A DNA stretch of 64,000 nucleotides from a virus, in IMG/VR virus record IMGVR_UViG_3300035701_000001; one strand, 5' to 3'. Under the pieces are notes generated by a model. That model was not told the origin of the DNA. It was given only the letters and a program-made list of their open reading frames with translations, and ran no database searches. The number at the start of each line of letters is the position of its first letter. Position 1 is the stretch's first letter. Shown here piece by piece: positions 29,755-39,344 of the stretch. A program made the translations under genes and the position numbers.

Positions 29755-30149
29755 TGTTCCCACTTCTTTCCCTTGCTACCCTTGCCCTTGCCTCTGGTTC
29801 GGACAGAGAAGAATCCAGTGAAGAGGCCTGGGCCGAACGGTTCCTCCGATGTGACGCACTCAGGACCCGATTCGGAATTCCACCGTTGACTCCTGGGGAC
29901 CGGATGAAAGTTCTTCTCGGGCAAGGTGGAATCAATCCCGAGTATCGGCTCAACGTCCGGAGAAATACTTCCCTTCCACCATCCGGGTATTTTGTAATAC
30001 TCGAAAAGAACAAAGATTTCCCTGCGACTTGTTGGTGTCCTCTGCAACGGGTGAGCCCTCTGTACTCAACCGATAGAGAAGCCAACGCGGAAGGCTACCG
30101 GTTGAGCCGGGAGATGTGGATTGTCGTTTCTCAGTGGATTACAGAGTAG
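29754..30149 (+). CDS. Family A paralog 48
   Basis: TGATG overlap; MFPLLSLATLALASGSD. Confidence 0.9.
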   Translation: MFPLLSLATLALASGSDREESSEEAWAERFLRCDALRTRFGIPPLTPGDRMKVLLGQGGINPEYRLNVRRNTSLPPSGYFVILEKNKDFPATCWCPLQRVSPLYSTDREANAEGYRLSREMWIVVSQWITE

Positions 30150-30151
30150 AA

Positions 30152-30523
30152 ATGATATTCGTCCTTCCTACGCTGTGTCTCAGCCTGGCCATCGCTTCGG
30201 ATACCGAGGTAGAAAGCGAACAAGCCTGGGCTGAACGGTTTGAAGCCATTGACCGGAACCGAGCGGAATTAGAAATCCCTCCACTCATGGCAAAAGAAAG
30301 GATGGGTCTTCTGCTTGGAAAATGGCCGAACCCGGACTTCTACTATATCGACGTTCACGAATTTCCACGTCGGCAAGATCGTTTTCGAATGGCGTTATAT
30401 CGGCACGGAAAGAAAGAGAGGGACTTGCCGTTGAAGAACCAGGAGCACGGATTCGAAGCCGGTCAGGAAGCCATTGCCCTGGCAAAGTCTCTCTACATTT
30501 CCTGGGGACCTGACCCCGCCTGA
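30152..30523 (+). CDS. Family A paralog 49
   Basis: ATG 30152 MIFVLPTLCLSLAIASD. Confidence 0.9.
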   Translation: MIFVLPTLCLSLAIASDTEVESEQAWAERFEAIDRNRAELEIPPLMAKERMGLLLGKWPNPDFYYIDVHEFPRRQDRFRMALYRHGKKERDLPLKNQEHGFEAGQEAIALAKSLYISWGPDPA

Positions 30524-30539
30524 CACGATAGAGGATCCT

Positions 30540-31004
30540 ATGTTCCCCGCCCTTTCCCTTGTCACCCTCGCCCTTGCCTCCGGATCGGACGGAGAAGAAT
30601 CCAGCGAAAAAGCCTGGTTTGAACGATTCGAAGCCATCGATCAAGCACGGAAAGGCTTGAATATACCACCTCTTTCGAAGAAAGAGCGGATGGCTTTGTT
30701 GTTGGGGCAGGGACCCATCTGCACGACGTTTGTCCTCAACGTCTGCCAGAGCCGGGACCCTACCTCCTACGACGAAGCGATGCATCGTTCCGAGTTCAAC
30801 TACGACATTTCCCTTGCCCGCTGGGAGAAAGATCCCGTCTATCCCGCATCTACGACGTGGTTTCTGAAGCCCATGAGGACGGAGTACTGCATCACGGATG
30901 CCTTGCGGAAGGTCCGGGAGTACAGCCAGGACTTGAACTTGAAGTTCCTGTGGTGTGAACCCCACGACTTACCTCCTCCTCCCTACATCTCAGCCTACGA
31001 GTAG
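30540..31004 (+). CDS. Family A paralog 50
   Basis: SD GAGGA; MFPALSLVTLALASGSDGEE. Confidence 0.9.
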   Translation: MFPALSLVTLALASGSDGEESSEKAWFERFEAIDQARKGLNIPPLSKKERMALLLGQGPICTTFVLNVCQSRDPTSYDEAMHRSEFNYDISLARWEKDPVYPASTTWFLKPMRTEYCITDALRKVREYSQDLNLKFLWCEPHDLPPPPYISAYE

Positions 31005-31010
31005 GCCCCC

Positions 31011-31442
31011 ATGTGGACTGCCTTTTCCCTTGTCATCCTCGCGCTTGCCGCCAGATCGGACAGAGAAATCCCGGACGAGGAAGCGTGGATCCAGCGGTTC
31101 GAGGCCATCGACCGGTTGCGGGAGAAATACGGAGTCCCCTCCCTCACGGCAGCCGAGCGGATACGGGTCGTGATCGGGGAGCCTCCACTCGACCATCGCT
31201 ATGGACTCTACCTGCAAGAACGATCTTCGGGTTCCTACGGTCGCTACGGGGTCATCCTCATGGTCTGGCGTGAGTTTCCCTCTTCTTCCAAGCTTGTTGA
31301 GAAAGGAGAATGGATCGGGATCAAAGACGTCGAGGAAACCGATCCGGACCGACAGGCACTGCGTTTGAGGGAAGAGGCGATGGTCTATGTCCAGTCCCTC
31401 GCGGACCGGATGTTCCTTCCCTTCGTCCACTGGGGAGGATGA
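31011..31442 (+). CDS. Family A paralog 51
   Basis: family core. Confidence 0.9.
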   Translation: MWTAFSLVILALAARSDREIPDEEAWIQRFEAIDRLREKYGVPSLTAAERIRVVIGEPPLDHRYGLYLQERSSGSYGRYGVILMVWREFPSSSKLVEKGEWIGIKDVEETDPDRQALRLREEAMVYVQSLADRMFLPFVHWGG

Positions 31443-31457
31443 ACCAGACGGGATAGG
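31443..31457 (+). promoter_or_regulatory. motif class 2 copy
   Basis: ACCAGACGGGATAGG followed by AGATCCCCATG, as at 28100. Confidence 0.35.
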
Positions 31458-31465
31458 AGATCCCC

Positions 31466-31861
31466 ATGCTCTCCGCCCTTGCCCTTGCCACCCTTGCTTT
31501 CGCTTCCGCTTCGGACGGCGAGAATCCAGACAAGAGTACTTGGGTTGAACGGTTCGAAGCCATCGACCGACGCCGTGCGGAATTTGGAATTCCACCGCTC
31601 TCGCCACGGGAGCGGATGGCGATGATGCTCGGCAAGGGTCCTGTTTCTTCCCTGTACTACATAGATGTACTGGAAGATGAAGATCGGGAACGTTGCTATC
31701 GGATCATGCTGTACCGGTGGGTGGAAAAGAAGAAGGGAAGGGCCGACTGGGTAGAAGAGAAGGAGCTACCCTGCGTGGTCTTCGCGGATTACATCGGTTC
31801 CAACGACGAAGCCTATCTCCTGGCGAAGTCCCTGTACCTGCCCATGAATCCGCCGTTCTGA
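31466..31861 (+). CDS. Family A paralog 52
   Basis: family core. Confidence 0.9.
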   Translation: MLSALALATLAFASASDGENPDKSTWVERFEAIDRRRAEFGIPPLSPRERMAMMLGKGPVSSLYYIDVLEDEDRERCYRIMLYRWVEKKKGRADWVEEKELPCVVFADYIGSNDEAYLLAKSLYLPMNPPF

Positions 31862-31871
31862 GGAAGACCTC

Positions 31872-32306
31872 ATGATCCTCCCCCTTTCCCTTGTCATCCT
31901 CGCACTCTCCACTGGATCGGACGCGGAATCCCCCGAGAACGAGTCCGCCTGGACACAGAAGTTCGAGGCCTGTGACCGCGCACGGTACGAACTCGACATC
32001 CCGCCCTTGAGCCCGGCTGAAAGAATGCGGATAATTCTGAAAGAACTGCCGCAAAGCAACCGATATGCCATCACATTCGTGTAATCGGGTCCTGTCTGGG
32101 ATCCATTCTGGAGTGTCAAGGTCTACCAGGCAAAGGAGAGAAAGAAGGACAAGGTCTGGACCTGGAGGTTGTTCTGGACTTGCCCGTTGTTCCCTCGTGG
32201 ACGTCGTATGTACGAAGGGGAAGCCAGCAGCGAAGCGACAGTGCTTTCGAACGAACTCTACCTTCCACTCCTCGAAGGATTGAAGACGGGTTCTCTGGTG
32301 AAGTAG
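31872..32306 (+). pseudogene. Family A paralog 53 with in-frame TAA at 32082-32084
   Basis: Frame continues SGPVWDPFWSVKVYQAKERKKDKVWTWRL...EATVLSNELYLP to TAG 32304-32306. Confidence 0.8.
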
Positions 32307-32324
32307 GCTTTCAGGAGCTTTTTC

Positions 32325-32756
32325 ATGATTTCTGCGCTGGCCATCGCTTCTCTCGTCTTTGCGGCAGGGTCAGAGGGAGAAGCTTCGAGCGAGGAAGTCT
32401 GGGCTCGAACGTTCGACACGGTGAACTCGCTCCGGGAACGACGAGGGATTCCCCCCCTCACCTTGCGGGAAAGGTTTTCGATGGTGCTCGGGGAACCGCC
32501 GGATGAGGATTGTCGTTTCGGTATCGGGGTGGAGGGGGACGGAGACCACCCGGAATCCTATGAGATCGTACGGTACGATTGGATCAATGAACCCGAGGTT
32601 CCAGGGGGCGGATACTGGAATGGAATCCTGGGATGGGCTTCCACCCATCTCTGGGACGATTGGAAGGAGATTGACGAATTCATCCGCTATCAAGCTGCGG
32701 TACGAGAAGCCGAGAGCCTCGCGAAATCCCTCTACATCCTTTACCTGGACCTGTGA
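32325..32756 (+). CDS. Family A paralog 54
   Basis: SD AGGAG; family core. Confidence 0.9.
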   Translation: MISALAIASLVFAAGSEGEASSEEVWARTFDTVNSLRERRGIPPLTLRERFSMVLGEPPDEDCRFGIGVEGDGDHPESYEIVRYDWINEPEVPGGGYWNGILGWASTHLWDDWKEIDEFIRYQAAVREAESLAKSLYILYLDL

Positions 32757-32764
32757 GTCCGTCG

Positions 32765-33175
32765 ATGACCGTCCTCCTCCTTTCCATGGCTTCCCTTGTC
32801 CTTTCCGCCGGATCGGACGACGAGACAGTGGATGAGGAAACCTGGGTTCGGCGGTTTGAAACCATCGACGAGAAACGAGTCGAGCACAACATTCCCCCCC
32901 TGTCCGCCGAGGAACGCTTGAGACTCCTGCTGGGACGACCACCGCTCGACAGGCCCTATGCTCTTGTCATCACCTACCAGGAACACGACCGTGACGTCAT
33001 CAAAGCCAACATCCGTCAATTCACGGGAAAACTCGATGAGCCCTGCTGGGTTGCCTGGAGTGTCCATGAATTCATCACCTCGGAGTGGTCCATCTACTTC
33101 ACAGATCTGGAAGAGAAGATGAAAGGATTCGCTTCCAAGCTGTACATCCGGTACGCGAGGATCGAGGATCTCTGA
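32765..33175 (+). CDS. Family A paralog 55 (last; start 32753 GTG or 32765 ATG)
   Basis: MTVLLLSMASLVLSAGSDDE; family core. Confidence 0.9.
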   Translation: MTVLLLSMASLVLSAGSDDETVDEETWVRRFETIDEKRVEHNIPPLSAEERLRLLLGRPPLDRPYALVITYQEHDRDVIKANIRQFTGKLDEPCWVAWSVHEFITSEWSIYFTDLEEKMKGFASKLYIRYARIEDL

Positions 33176-33280
33176 AGACTTTTCCGGTCAACTCTTCCAT
33201 GATTTTCCATTGGACTCCGGAGGAAGAAACCCCGATCCACCGCCTTGGCCCTGGTGGATGAAAAAAATCAGGAATCCCCA

Positions 33281-33309
33281 TTGACACGGCTTGTGTCATC
33301 TTATAGCTT
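33281..33309 (+). promoter_or_regulatory. Promoter/operator copy 2
   Basis: TTGACAC GGCTT GTGTCA TCTTA TAGCTT; A7 tract upstream. Confidence 0.8.
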
Positions 33310-33333
33310 CGGGGTGTCCACCGGAGCGATTCC

Positions 33334-33735
33334 ATGGCCGAGGATTCCCCTCTCTCCACGCTTGACCCTGCCGAGCAGGCGCTTGCGTTGGAGGGCCAAT
33401 ACCTCGAAGTCTTGAAGGCCTACCGGGGTCGTACCCGGTGCTCCCTGCGCTCGGCACGGGTCCAGGTGGACGCATTTCTCCTGCAGTCCGGCCGTGAGGT
33501 CCCCAAGGGGGATCTCTCTCCTACCCTCTTCTCTCCCACCCACGAACCCCTCCGGGATGACCGAGAGCAGTCCATCCAGGACCTGGCCCGTCTGATCGGC
33601 TGGCAGTACCTTGAACGCTGCACCCGCTGCGACCGCTACAAGCTCCGCAACGAGGGATGCTGGTGGTGCCAGGGCATCGAACCCTCCTTCCTCGACCGGC
33701 TGGGAACCCGTGCGAAGGCCAAGGAAACCCCATGA
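33334..33735 (+). CDS. hypothetical protein, C-terminal CxxC...CxxC
   Basis: SD GGAG; CTRC...CWWC. Confidence 0.75.
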   Translation: MAEDSPLSTLDPAEQALALEGQYLEVLKAYRGRTRCSLRSARVQVDAFLLQSGREVPKGDLSPTLFSPTHEPLRDDREQSIQDLARLIGWQYLERCTRCDRYKLRNEGCWWCQGIEPSFLDRLGTRAKAKETP

Positions 33736-34385
33736 ATTCCTACCTTGATCCCAACCGGCGCATGGCATTGCGTGACGAATACCCTCGCACCACGAGTCAC
33801 GGGAAGGTCTTGAACGACGTGCTGGATGCGCTGGACGAAGTCGAGAAGACGATCCGAAAGGAAGAACGCAAGAACGTCGGGGACGAACTTCTGGAACTGG
33901 GCAGTACACTCCGCATCCTTCCGGACCCTTCCGGACTTCTGGGTATCGCGCTCTGTGACATCGCTTCCAACCTCCAGGCAGGGGAACCGGTTTATCGGTG
34001 GAAGAACTTCGTCGATTTGCCCGTGGAACCCTCCGAGGAACTCCCCCGTGACGAGACCACCGAGGAAACCCGCCGACTCGTCGAGAAGGTCTCCGAGATC
34101 ATCGAGGAGGGATGGGCGACCTGGTGCTGCACCCACCTCGACAATCAGGGTCGCTATTTTCTGGCCCCTCGCTGGAAGCAGTACAGCGTCTGGATGATGG
34201 TGCGAAGCGACGGATTGCTCACCCATGAACGCGGAGATGCCTTGTCCGGCAGTTGGCATCGGCTCCTCGAAGACTCCATGCGGCTTCTCGATGCACATGT
34301 TCCACTCGGTCCGGACTTGGATGGGATCTCGGACCCCACCGAACCCCCCTCGTGGGAATCGCTCTTGCAGAAGGAGACTTCGTGA
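33732..34385 (+). CDS. hypothetical protein
   Basis: ATGA overlap, SD AAGGA. Confidence 0.75.
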   Translation: MNSYLDPNRRMALRDEYPRTTSHGKVLNDVLDALDEVEKTIRKEERKNVGDELLELGSTLRILPDPSGLLGIALCDIASNLQAGEPVYRWKNFVDLPVEPSEELPRDETTEETRRLVEKVSEIIEEGWATWCCTHLDNQGRYFLAPRWKQYSVWMMVRSDGLLTHERGDALSGSWHRLLEDSMRLLDAHVPLGPDLDGISDPTEPPSWESLLQKETS

Positions 34386-34855
34386 GCCCAAACCGGAAAG
34401 ACCCCTCTTATTGTCCTTGGACGCGAAGCATCGAACGCGTGAAAGCCTCCTTGGGTTCCGAGTTCAAGGTGGAATCGTCGGATGCGAAGTCTTCGACTGG
34501 ATGTGACTTGATCCTCTCCTGGAAAGACTGTTTTCGTCCGGACAGTTTGGATTACATAGGCTCCGTGACCTTCTGTCTGAAGCAACGGAAATGGTGTGCT
34601 GGGATCTCCGTCCACGCACACCGATTCATGAGACAGGAGGATTGGTACGGGATGAACGGAGAAATACCGCATTCCGGCAGGCAATGGATCGAGAAGACGG
34701 TATGCGATATCCGGACCGCAGTCTCCCGCAGCCTCCTCGACTGCATGGATGCCTATCGGTCTCCGGAGAAAGTCCCCGAATGGGTCTATGAGGCTGCAGG
34801 GGACGAATGGAGATGGGATCGAGGCATTCCACGCAAGGTACGGAGCACTCCATGA
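34382..34855 (+). CDS. hypothetical protein
   Basis: GTGA overlap, SD AAGGAG. Confidence 0.7.
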   Translation: MSPNRKDPSYCPWTRSIERVKASLGSEFKVESSDAKSSTGCDLILSWKDCFRPDSLDYIGSVTFCLKQRKWCAGISVHAHRFMRQEDWYGMNGEIPHSGRQWIEKTVCDIRTAVSRSLLDCMDAYRSPEKVPEWVYEAAGDEWRWDRGIPRKVRSTP

Positions 34856-35304
34856 ACGAACCCCAGATGACGGAGACCCTGACCTTCACGATCCCCATCG
34901 ACTCGGACATGGAGGACAAGATCTCGTTCTTTACGGGCATCTATCCGAATGAGGAAGGGGAGAAGTACGGCTATGCCGACGTCTTCTCGCACGACTGCAT
35001 CGGTTACTGGATGCAGGGTATCGAGAGCGACCCTGTGAAGGGCTGGCTTGGCTGGGAGTTTTTGGAAGACGAGGATCCAGAGGATGAAGAAGTCCAGGAA
35101 CGTCACGAAGAAGCCATTCGTACCTGGAAGAACGGAGAAGTCCTCCCCAAGAACTACTACTCGCTCGACCGGGAGATGGCCAAGAAGATCCTTGTCTACG
35201 GCATGGGTCGATGGGGACAGGATTTCGTGAACGGCCAGTGTGATGTGAACGACGACGACGTCGCCGTGCAAATGACGTTACTCCAGGAGGTTCGCTATGG
35301 GTGA
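34852..35304 (+). CDS. acidic hypothetical protein
   Basis: ATGA overlap, SD GGAG. Confidence 0.75.
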   Translation: MNEPQMTETLTFTIPIDSDMEDKISFFTGIYPNEEGEKYGYADVFSHDCIGYWMQGIESDPVKGWLGWEFLEDEDPEDEEVQERHEEAIRTWKNGEVLPKNYYSLDREMAKKILVYGMGRWGQDFVNGQCDVNDDDVAVQMTLLQEVRYG

Positions 35305-35650
35305 ATCCAGTTCCAGTGCAGGGAAACGGCTGCGTGCCTACCGGGCCGAACACGGGATGAGTCAATCCGCATTCGCCCGGCTGATTCCTGTGCACCTGGT
35401 GACCGTCTCCCAGTGGGAGCGCGGGGTGATCACACCGTCTTCGAAACGGACCGAGAAGATCGAAGAGATCACGGGAATTCCTGCCTCGAACTGGAGGGAA
35501 CCCCTGGCTTCTTCCCCCTCTCTTCCCGATCCCCTCCTTCGCGATTCTTCGTTCGTGAAAGTCCGCAGGACGGATGGAAGCCTCCTGTTGCTCGAACCCG
35601 CCGAAGGGGAGATGTACCGGATCGCCTGGCAGGAGGTTACCGGTGATTGA
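35297..35650 (+). CDS. XRE/Cro-C1 helix-turn-helix protein
   Basis: LRAYRAEHGMSQSAFARLIPVHLVTVSQWERGVITP; SD AGGAGG. Confidence 0.85.
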   Translation: MGESSSSAGKRLRAYRAEHGMSQSAFARLIPVHLVTVSQWERGVITPSSKRTEKIEEITGIPASNWREPLASSPSLPDPLLRDSSFVKVRRTDGSLLLLEPAEGEMYRIAWQEVTGD

Positions 35651-36962
35651 ACCTTCCGATCCCTCCGAACTTCTGCTCGGAACCTACCCGAGCCGGTGCG
35701 CGGAGTGGAGAGAACGCATCCGGATCCGTCTGCAATCCCGGAACCAGGGAAAGGAGACCGAGGTTCTCCTCCAGATCGACGAGTTCGAGAACCGGTTGAA
35801 GAACGCGGTCCCCGAGGATGTGTTCGGGACGTCCGGCCGACCGTCCCTTCTGCGGATGGCCAGTACCCTCGATGCCAAGGTCCGCGAACTCACCGATGCC
35901 TACCTGCAGATGGAAGATCTCGTGGACAACGGGCTGTACCGGATCCGAGCCCGCAACGCGAACTACGGGATCTGGAATGGCAAGAAGAAGGAATTCGAGA
36001 TCTTCCGCAAGAAATTCGAGGAAGAGTTCTTGGACTCCGAACTGCACTGGGATGCCGATCCGCACCATGGAACGGCGAAACCCGACGCATTGATAGAAGT
36101 CCCCCCTCTCTTCGAAGATGCCTCCACACGATTCGCGTACCTGAAAGGGTGGTGCGAACGATTGCAAGAAGGAGTTCCGACCATGTCCAGTCCAGAGTCC
36201 CTATCCTCGGTCTCTTCCGAGACGATCCCGGAAGCGGTCGAGGTTCCGCCTTCCGTCGACCCTCCCTCTGCAGAGGTCTCGGCTTCCGAGGAAGAACCCC
36301 CCTCCGAACCTGTACCGGAAACCGAGGTTTCACAGGTCGAGACTCCGAAGGCTGATCCTCTCCCCCTCGAACTCCGTCGGGGCGGACTCCTCCTCACCGA
36401 GTACCGGGAGAAGGAGGGGCTCACCCAGGCACAACTCGCCAAGCGCCTGTACGTCTACCAGACGCTGATCCACTGGTGGGAAAAGGGGATGAAGAGCCCC
36501 GAGCCCAAGAAGGCAGCTTTCATCGAGAAAGTCACCGGCATCCCCACCGCTTCCTGGGACTTGCAGCGCATGGCCCGTCGCAAGCCTGGTCGTCCGCCCA
36601 AGGTGAAGACCGAGGAAATTCCCGTCGAAGTCGAGAAGAAGAAGCGGGGACGTCCGCCCAAGGCAAAGGTAGAGACTACACCGGTTTCGCCGAACCCGGA
36701 GTCCGACAAGAAGGCGGACAAGAAGGCCCACCCGAAGGCCGACAAGAAGGCCAACCCGAAGACCAGGAAAAAGACCAGGAGGATCTTGTGGGAAGCCCAG
36801 ATTCGGGGCAAGAAATCCAAGATCACAACCCGGCTCATCGTGGGGCCTCCTGACATGAAGTTCGTGCTGCTGGCGCTGTGGGAAGAACCCCTGCAGGGGA
36901 CCCTTATCAGCCTGCGACAGTCGGATCCCGAGTTCTTTGTCTCCGTCCTGGATCTGCCGTGA
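35643..36962 (+). CDS. multidomain protein: unknown N-domain, acidic linker, XRE HTH, two AT-hook-like motifs
   Basis: GTG with SD GGAGG; YREKEGLTQAQLAKRLYVYQTLIHWWEKG; KPGRPPK, KRGRPPK. Confidence 0.8.
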   Translation: MIEPSDPSELLLGTYPSRCAEWRERIRIRLQSRNQGKETEVLLQIDEFENRLKNAVPEDVFGTSGRPSLLRMASTLDAKVRELTDAYLQMEDLVDNGLYRIRARNANYGIWNGKKKEFEIFRKKFEEEFLDSELHWDADPHHGTAKPDALIEVPPLFEDASTRFAYLKGWCERLQEGVPTMSSPESLSSVSSETIPEAVEVPPSVDPPSAEVSASEEEPPSEPVPETEVSQVETPKADPLPLELRRGGLLLTEYREKEGLTQAQLAKRLYVYQTLIHWWEKGMKSPEPKKAAFIEKVTGIPTASWDLQRMARRKPGRPPKVKTEEIPVEVEKKKRGRPPKAKVETTPVSPNPESDKKADKKAHPKADKKANPKTRKKTRRILWEAQIRGKKSKITTRLIVGPPDMKFVLLALWEEPLQGTLISLRQSDPEFFVSVLDLP

Positions 36963-37255
36963 GTGAACGCCCTCCCTACGAAACCTGGACGGTGGAAGCA
37001 CTGGTTTCCGAGTGCGACCGGCTGCGTGCCGTCATCGAGAAGAACAAGGCATCCTTCCTTTCCCTCCAGGCCCTCTGCCAGACACAGCGCCAGGAGATCG
37101 AGGAACGGAAGGCCGAGCAGGAAGGGGAAGACCTCCTCGCTGCCCTGGAGGCTCAAGCCAATGTGGGGGCAGCGAAGAATCGCCGGAAGATCGGACGGGC
37201 CCTCGTGGAGAAGCTCAAGGAAAAAGGTGTTGGCAAGACCGAAGGGGAGAACTGA
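36959..37255 (+). CDS. coiled-coil hypothetical protein
   Basis: GTGA overlap. Confidence 0.65.
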   Translation: MSERPPYETWTVEALVSECDRLRAVIEKNKASFLSLQALCQTQRQEIEERKAEQEGEDLLAALEAQANVGAAKNRRKIGRALVEKLKEKGVGKTEGEN

Positions 37256-37257
37256 CC

Positions 37258-37650
37258 ATGGACGACAAGGACGCCCGCGAGATCCTCCTCCAGGTTCAGA
37301 CGTGGTGGAAGGGGCTTTCCACCGAGGAGAAGAACCAACAGATCGAAGTGGCACTGGAACGAGTCAAGGCACTCGTCGACCAGGTGGTCGAGGAGCGGGA
37401 CAAGGCCCAGGTACAGTCCCAGCAGATGCTCGAAGCCCTCGATTCGGCGGCCGACACCTCGGACCAGATCGCGGGTCAACTCAAAGCGGTCGCACGGGAT
37501 GCCTGGGCCTTGCACACGGCGGTCGACAAGCTCCCTGCTGATTCCTGGACCGATGAGATGAAGATCGCCATGCCATCCCTCGCCTCCACCCTCACGCGCC
37601 TTCATCTGCCGAAGGAAGAACTCAACGCTCCGAACGAGATGACTGCGTAG
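37258..37650 (+). CDS. coiled-coil hypothetical protein
   Basis: SD GGGGAG; heptad-like pattern. Confidence 0.75.
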   Translation: MDDKDAREILLQVQTWWKGLSTEEKNQQIEVALERVKALVDQVVEERDKAQVQSQQMLEALDSAADTSDQIAGQLKAVARDAWALHTAVDKLPADSWTDEMKIAMPSLASTLTRLHLPKEELNAPNEMTA

Positions 37651-37662
37651 GAGGAGACAGCG

Positions 37663-37932
37663 ATGTTGTGGACGAGCATGAGGATGGAGGTGAGCGAGGG
37701 AATCTTCGGCTGGATTGTCGAAGACGGAGGCGATGACGGCATCGAGATCCAGTACTGGGAACGAGAGGGGGATGTCCAGGATGGAGAGAAGGTCCAAAAG
37801 GCCACGATCTCCTGTCAGACCGAAAGCGGACAGGCCATTGCAGAAGCTCTCCTGGCCGTCGTCCTCTACCGGAAGAGAGTCGAGGAGGAATCCACCCTCC
37901 GTGAAAAGATAGAGAAGGAACAGAAATCATGA
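37663..37932 (+). CDS. hypothetical protein
   Basis: SD AGGAGG. Confidence 0.75.
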   Translation: MLWTSMRMEVSEGIFGWIVEDGGDDGIEIQYWEREGDVQDGEKVQKATISCQTESGQAIAEALLAVVLYRKRVEEESTLREKIEKEQKS

Positions 37933-38108
37933 AGGGAAAACCTGGATTCCAGACCCCTCGCAACCAGCCGGATGCCCAGCCGGTCTTCCGCGTTCGTCGG
38001 GGGAAGAAGGTCCAGGTTCCCCCCGAATGGATGGGCCACACCGTACACGAGCAGACAAAGCAAAAACGACAGCCGGTGAGCCGACGGACGCGCAAGGAGC
38101 ACAAATAA
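37929..38108 (+). CDS. small basic protein (59 aa, below the ORF-track cutoff)
   Basis: ATGA overlap, SD AAGGA; PVFRVRRGKKVQVPPEWMGHTVHEQTKQKRQ. Confidence 0.65.
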   Translation: MKGKPGFQTPRNQPDAQPVFRVRRGKKVQVPPEWMGHTVHEQTKQKRQPVSRRTRKEHK

Positions 38109-38145
38109 GTTCCGTACTTCCCCACAAAATCAAAAAGGTGCGGTG

Positions 38146-38442
38146 ATGCCGAAAATCGGGGAACGGGTCGTGGCGATCAGCCACTCGGATGACGAGACGA
38201 TTTACCTGTTCGGGTTCGGTGTGTACGAGGGGGACTTCGACCCGGAAGAGGCAGGGGGACCCCTCGGGGAGATGTGCCGGGAGATGGGACGTGGAAACCC
38301 TCGCATTCGCCTGGACAACGGAAAGATCGTCTACGGCTGCGAGTGCTGGTGGCACCCCGAGGAAAAGACCACGCTCGACATGAAGAAAAAGGTTGTCCTG
38401 TTGGACATCGACGAAGAACGCAAGAAGTGCAAAGGAGAATAA
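38146..38442 (+). CDS. conserved phage hypothetical protein (FGFGVYEGD...NPRIRLDNG..VYGCECWW)
   Basis: SD AAGGTG; motif seen in phage proteins. Confidence 0.75.
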   Translation: MPKIGERVVAISHSDDETIYLFGFGVYEGDFDPEEAGGPLGEMCREMGRGNPRIRLDNGKIVYGCECWWHPEEKTTLDMKKKVVLLDIDEERKKCKGE

Positions 38443-38446
38443 GGCG

Positions 38447-38782
38447 ATGGAATCAGAAGAAAACTGCCTGCTAGAACGTACCTATCTCATCCATTTCCTG
38501 GGGCAGACGTTGGGAGGTCAGGCCCATGAGCGACTGCTCGGACAGGGGGGGGAACTGGATGCCCAGATCTTTCGGCAGGAGATGAAGTACATCGTCGAAA
38601 ACGACATTTTCTGGGATCTCCTGGAAAAAACCAGCGTGGATAGCATCTCCCAGGATGTCGTGATACTGGGCACGATGCATGGAGGTGAGGCAAACGAAGC
38701 GATTCTCAAGATTGCAGCCGAGATACCAACCGTGCTGCGCGAGGCGGTTGCCCAGCGGACAAAGTCGACCGGATCCGCGTGA
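38447..38782 (+). CDS. hypothetical protein
   Basis: SD GGAG/AAGG. Confidence 0.7.
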   Translation: MESEENCLLERTYLIHFLGQTLGGQAHERLLGQGGELDAQIFRQEMKYIVENDIFWDLLEKTSVDSISQDVVILGTMHGGEANEAILKIAAEIPTVLREAVAQRTKSTGSA

Positions 38783-38813
38783 ACGACCTGTTTCTCCATG
38801 AGGAGATTTGATC

Positions 38814-39344
38814 ATGACCGACCCGAAGTCCTTGGATCTCGCCGCCCTCCAGACCAGAGAAGCCGTAGCCACGCCAGGACCTTGGTACACCGAAGAAGAA
38901 ATGGTCCAGACGAACTGGATCGATCCGCTCTGGCCCGAAGATGACCAAGCGGGTTGGACTGTGGCAGAGTGCTACAACCTTGGCGGAAAAGAAGGGCATG
39001 GAAAGGCCAACGCGGCGTTCATCGCCCACGCCCGTGAAGACATTCCTGCGCTGCGCGCCGCACTGGAACAGGCCCAGCAGGACAACGAACGGGTCACGCG
39101 AGACAGAGACGCGAAGAGCCATGTCATCGACCGGATCGTGGATGCCTTCCAGACCGGGAAGGAGCCCGATGCGGAGCATTGGCCATTTCCTGCCCAGGTG
39201 GCCGCCCTCGTGAGAGAACGCGATGATCTCCGCGTAAAGTGGAACGAAGCCTGTGATGAACTGCGCGATCTCCTGTTGAATGTCGGCATGGCGAATGCGC
39301 GGAGAGACCACATCGCCGCTCTCCTGGTGAGAAAAAATCCATGA
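38814..39344 (+). CDS. Ead/Ea22-like phage protein
   Basis: ATPGPW...ANAAFIAHAREDIPAL; SD GAGGAG. Confidence 0.7.
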   Translation: MTDPKSLDLAALQTREAVATPGPWYTEEEMVQTNWIDPLWPEDDQAGWTVAECYNLGGKEGHGKANAAFIAHAREDIPALRAALEQAQQDNERVTRDRDAKSHVIDRIVDAFQTGKEPDAEHWPFPAQVAALVRERDDLRVKWNEACDELRDLLLNVGMANARRDHIAALLVRKNP

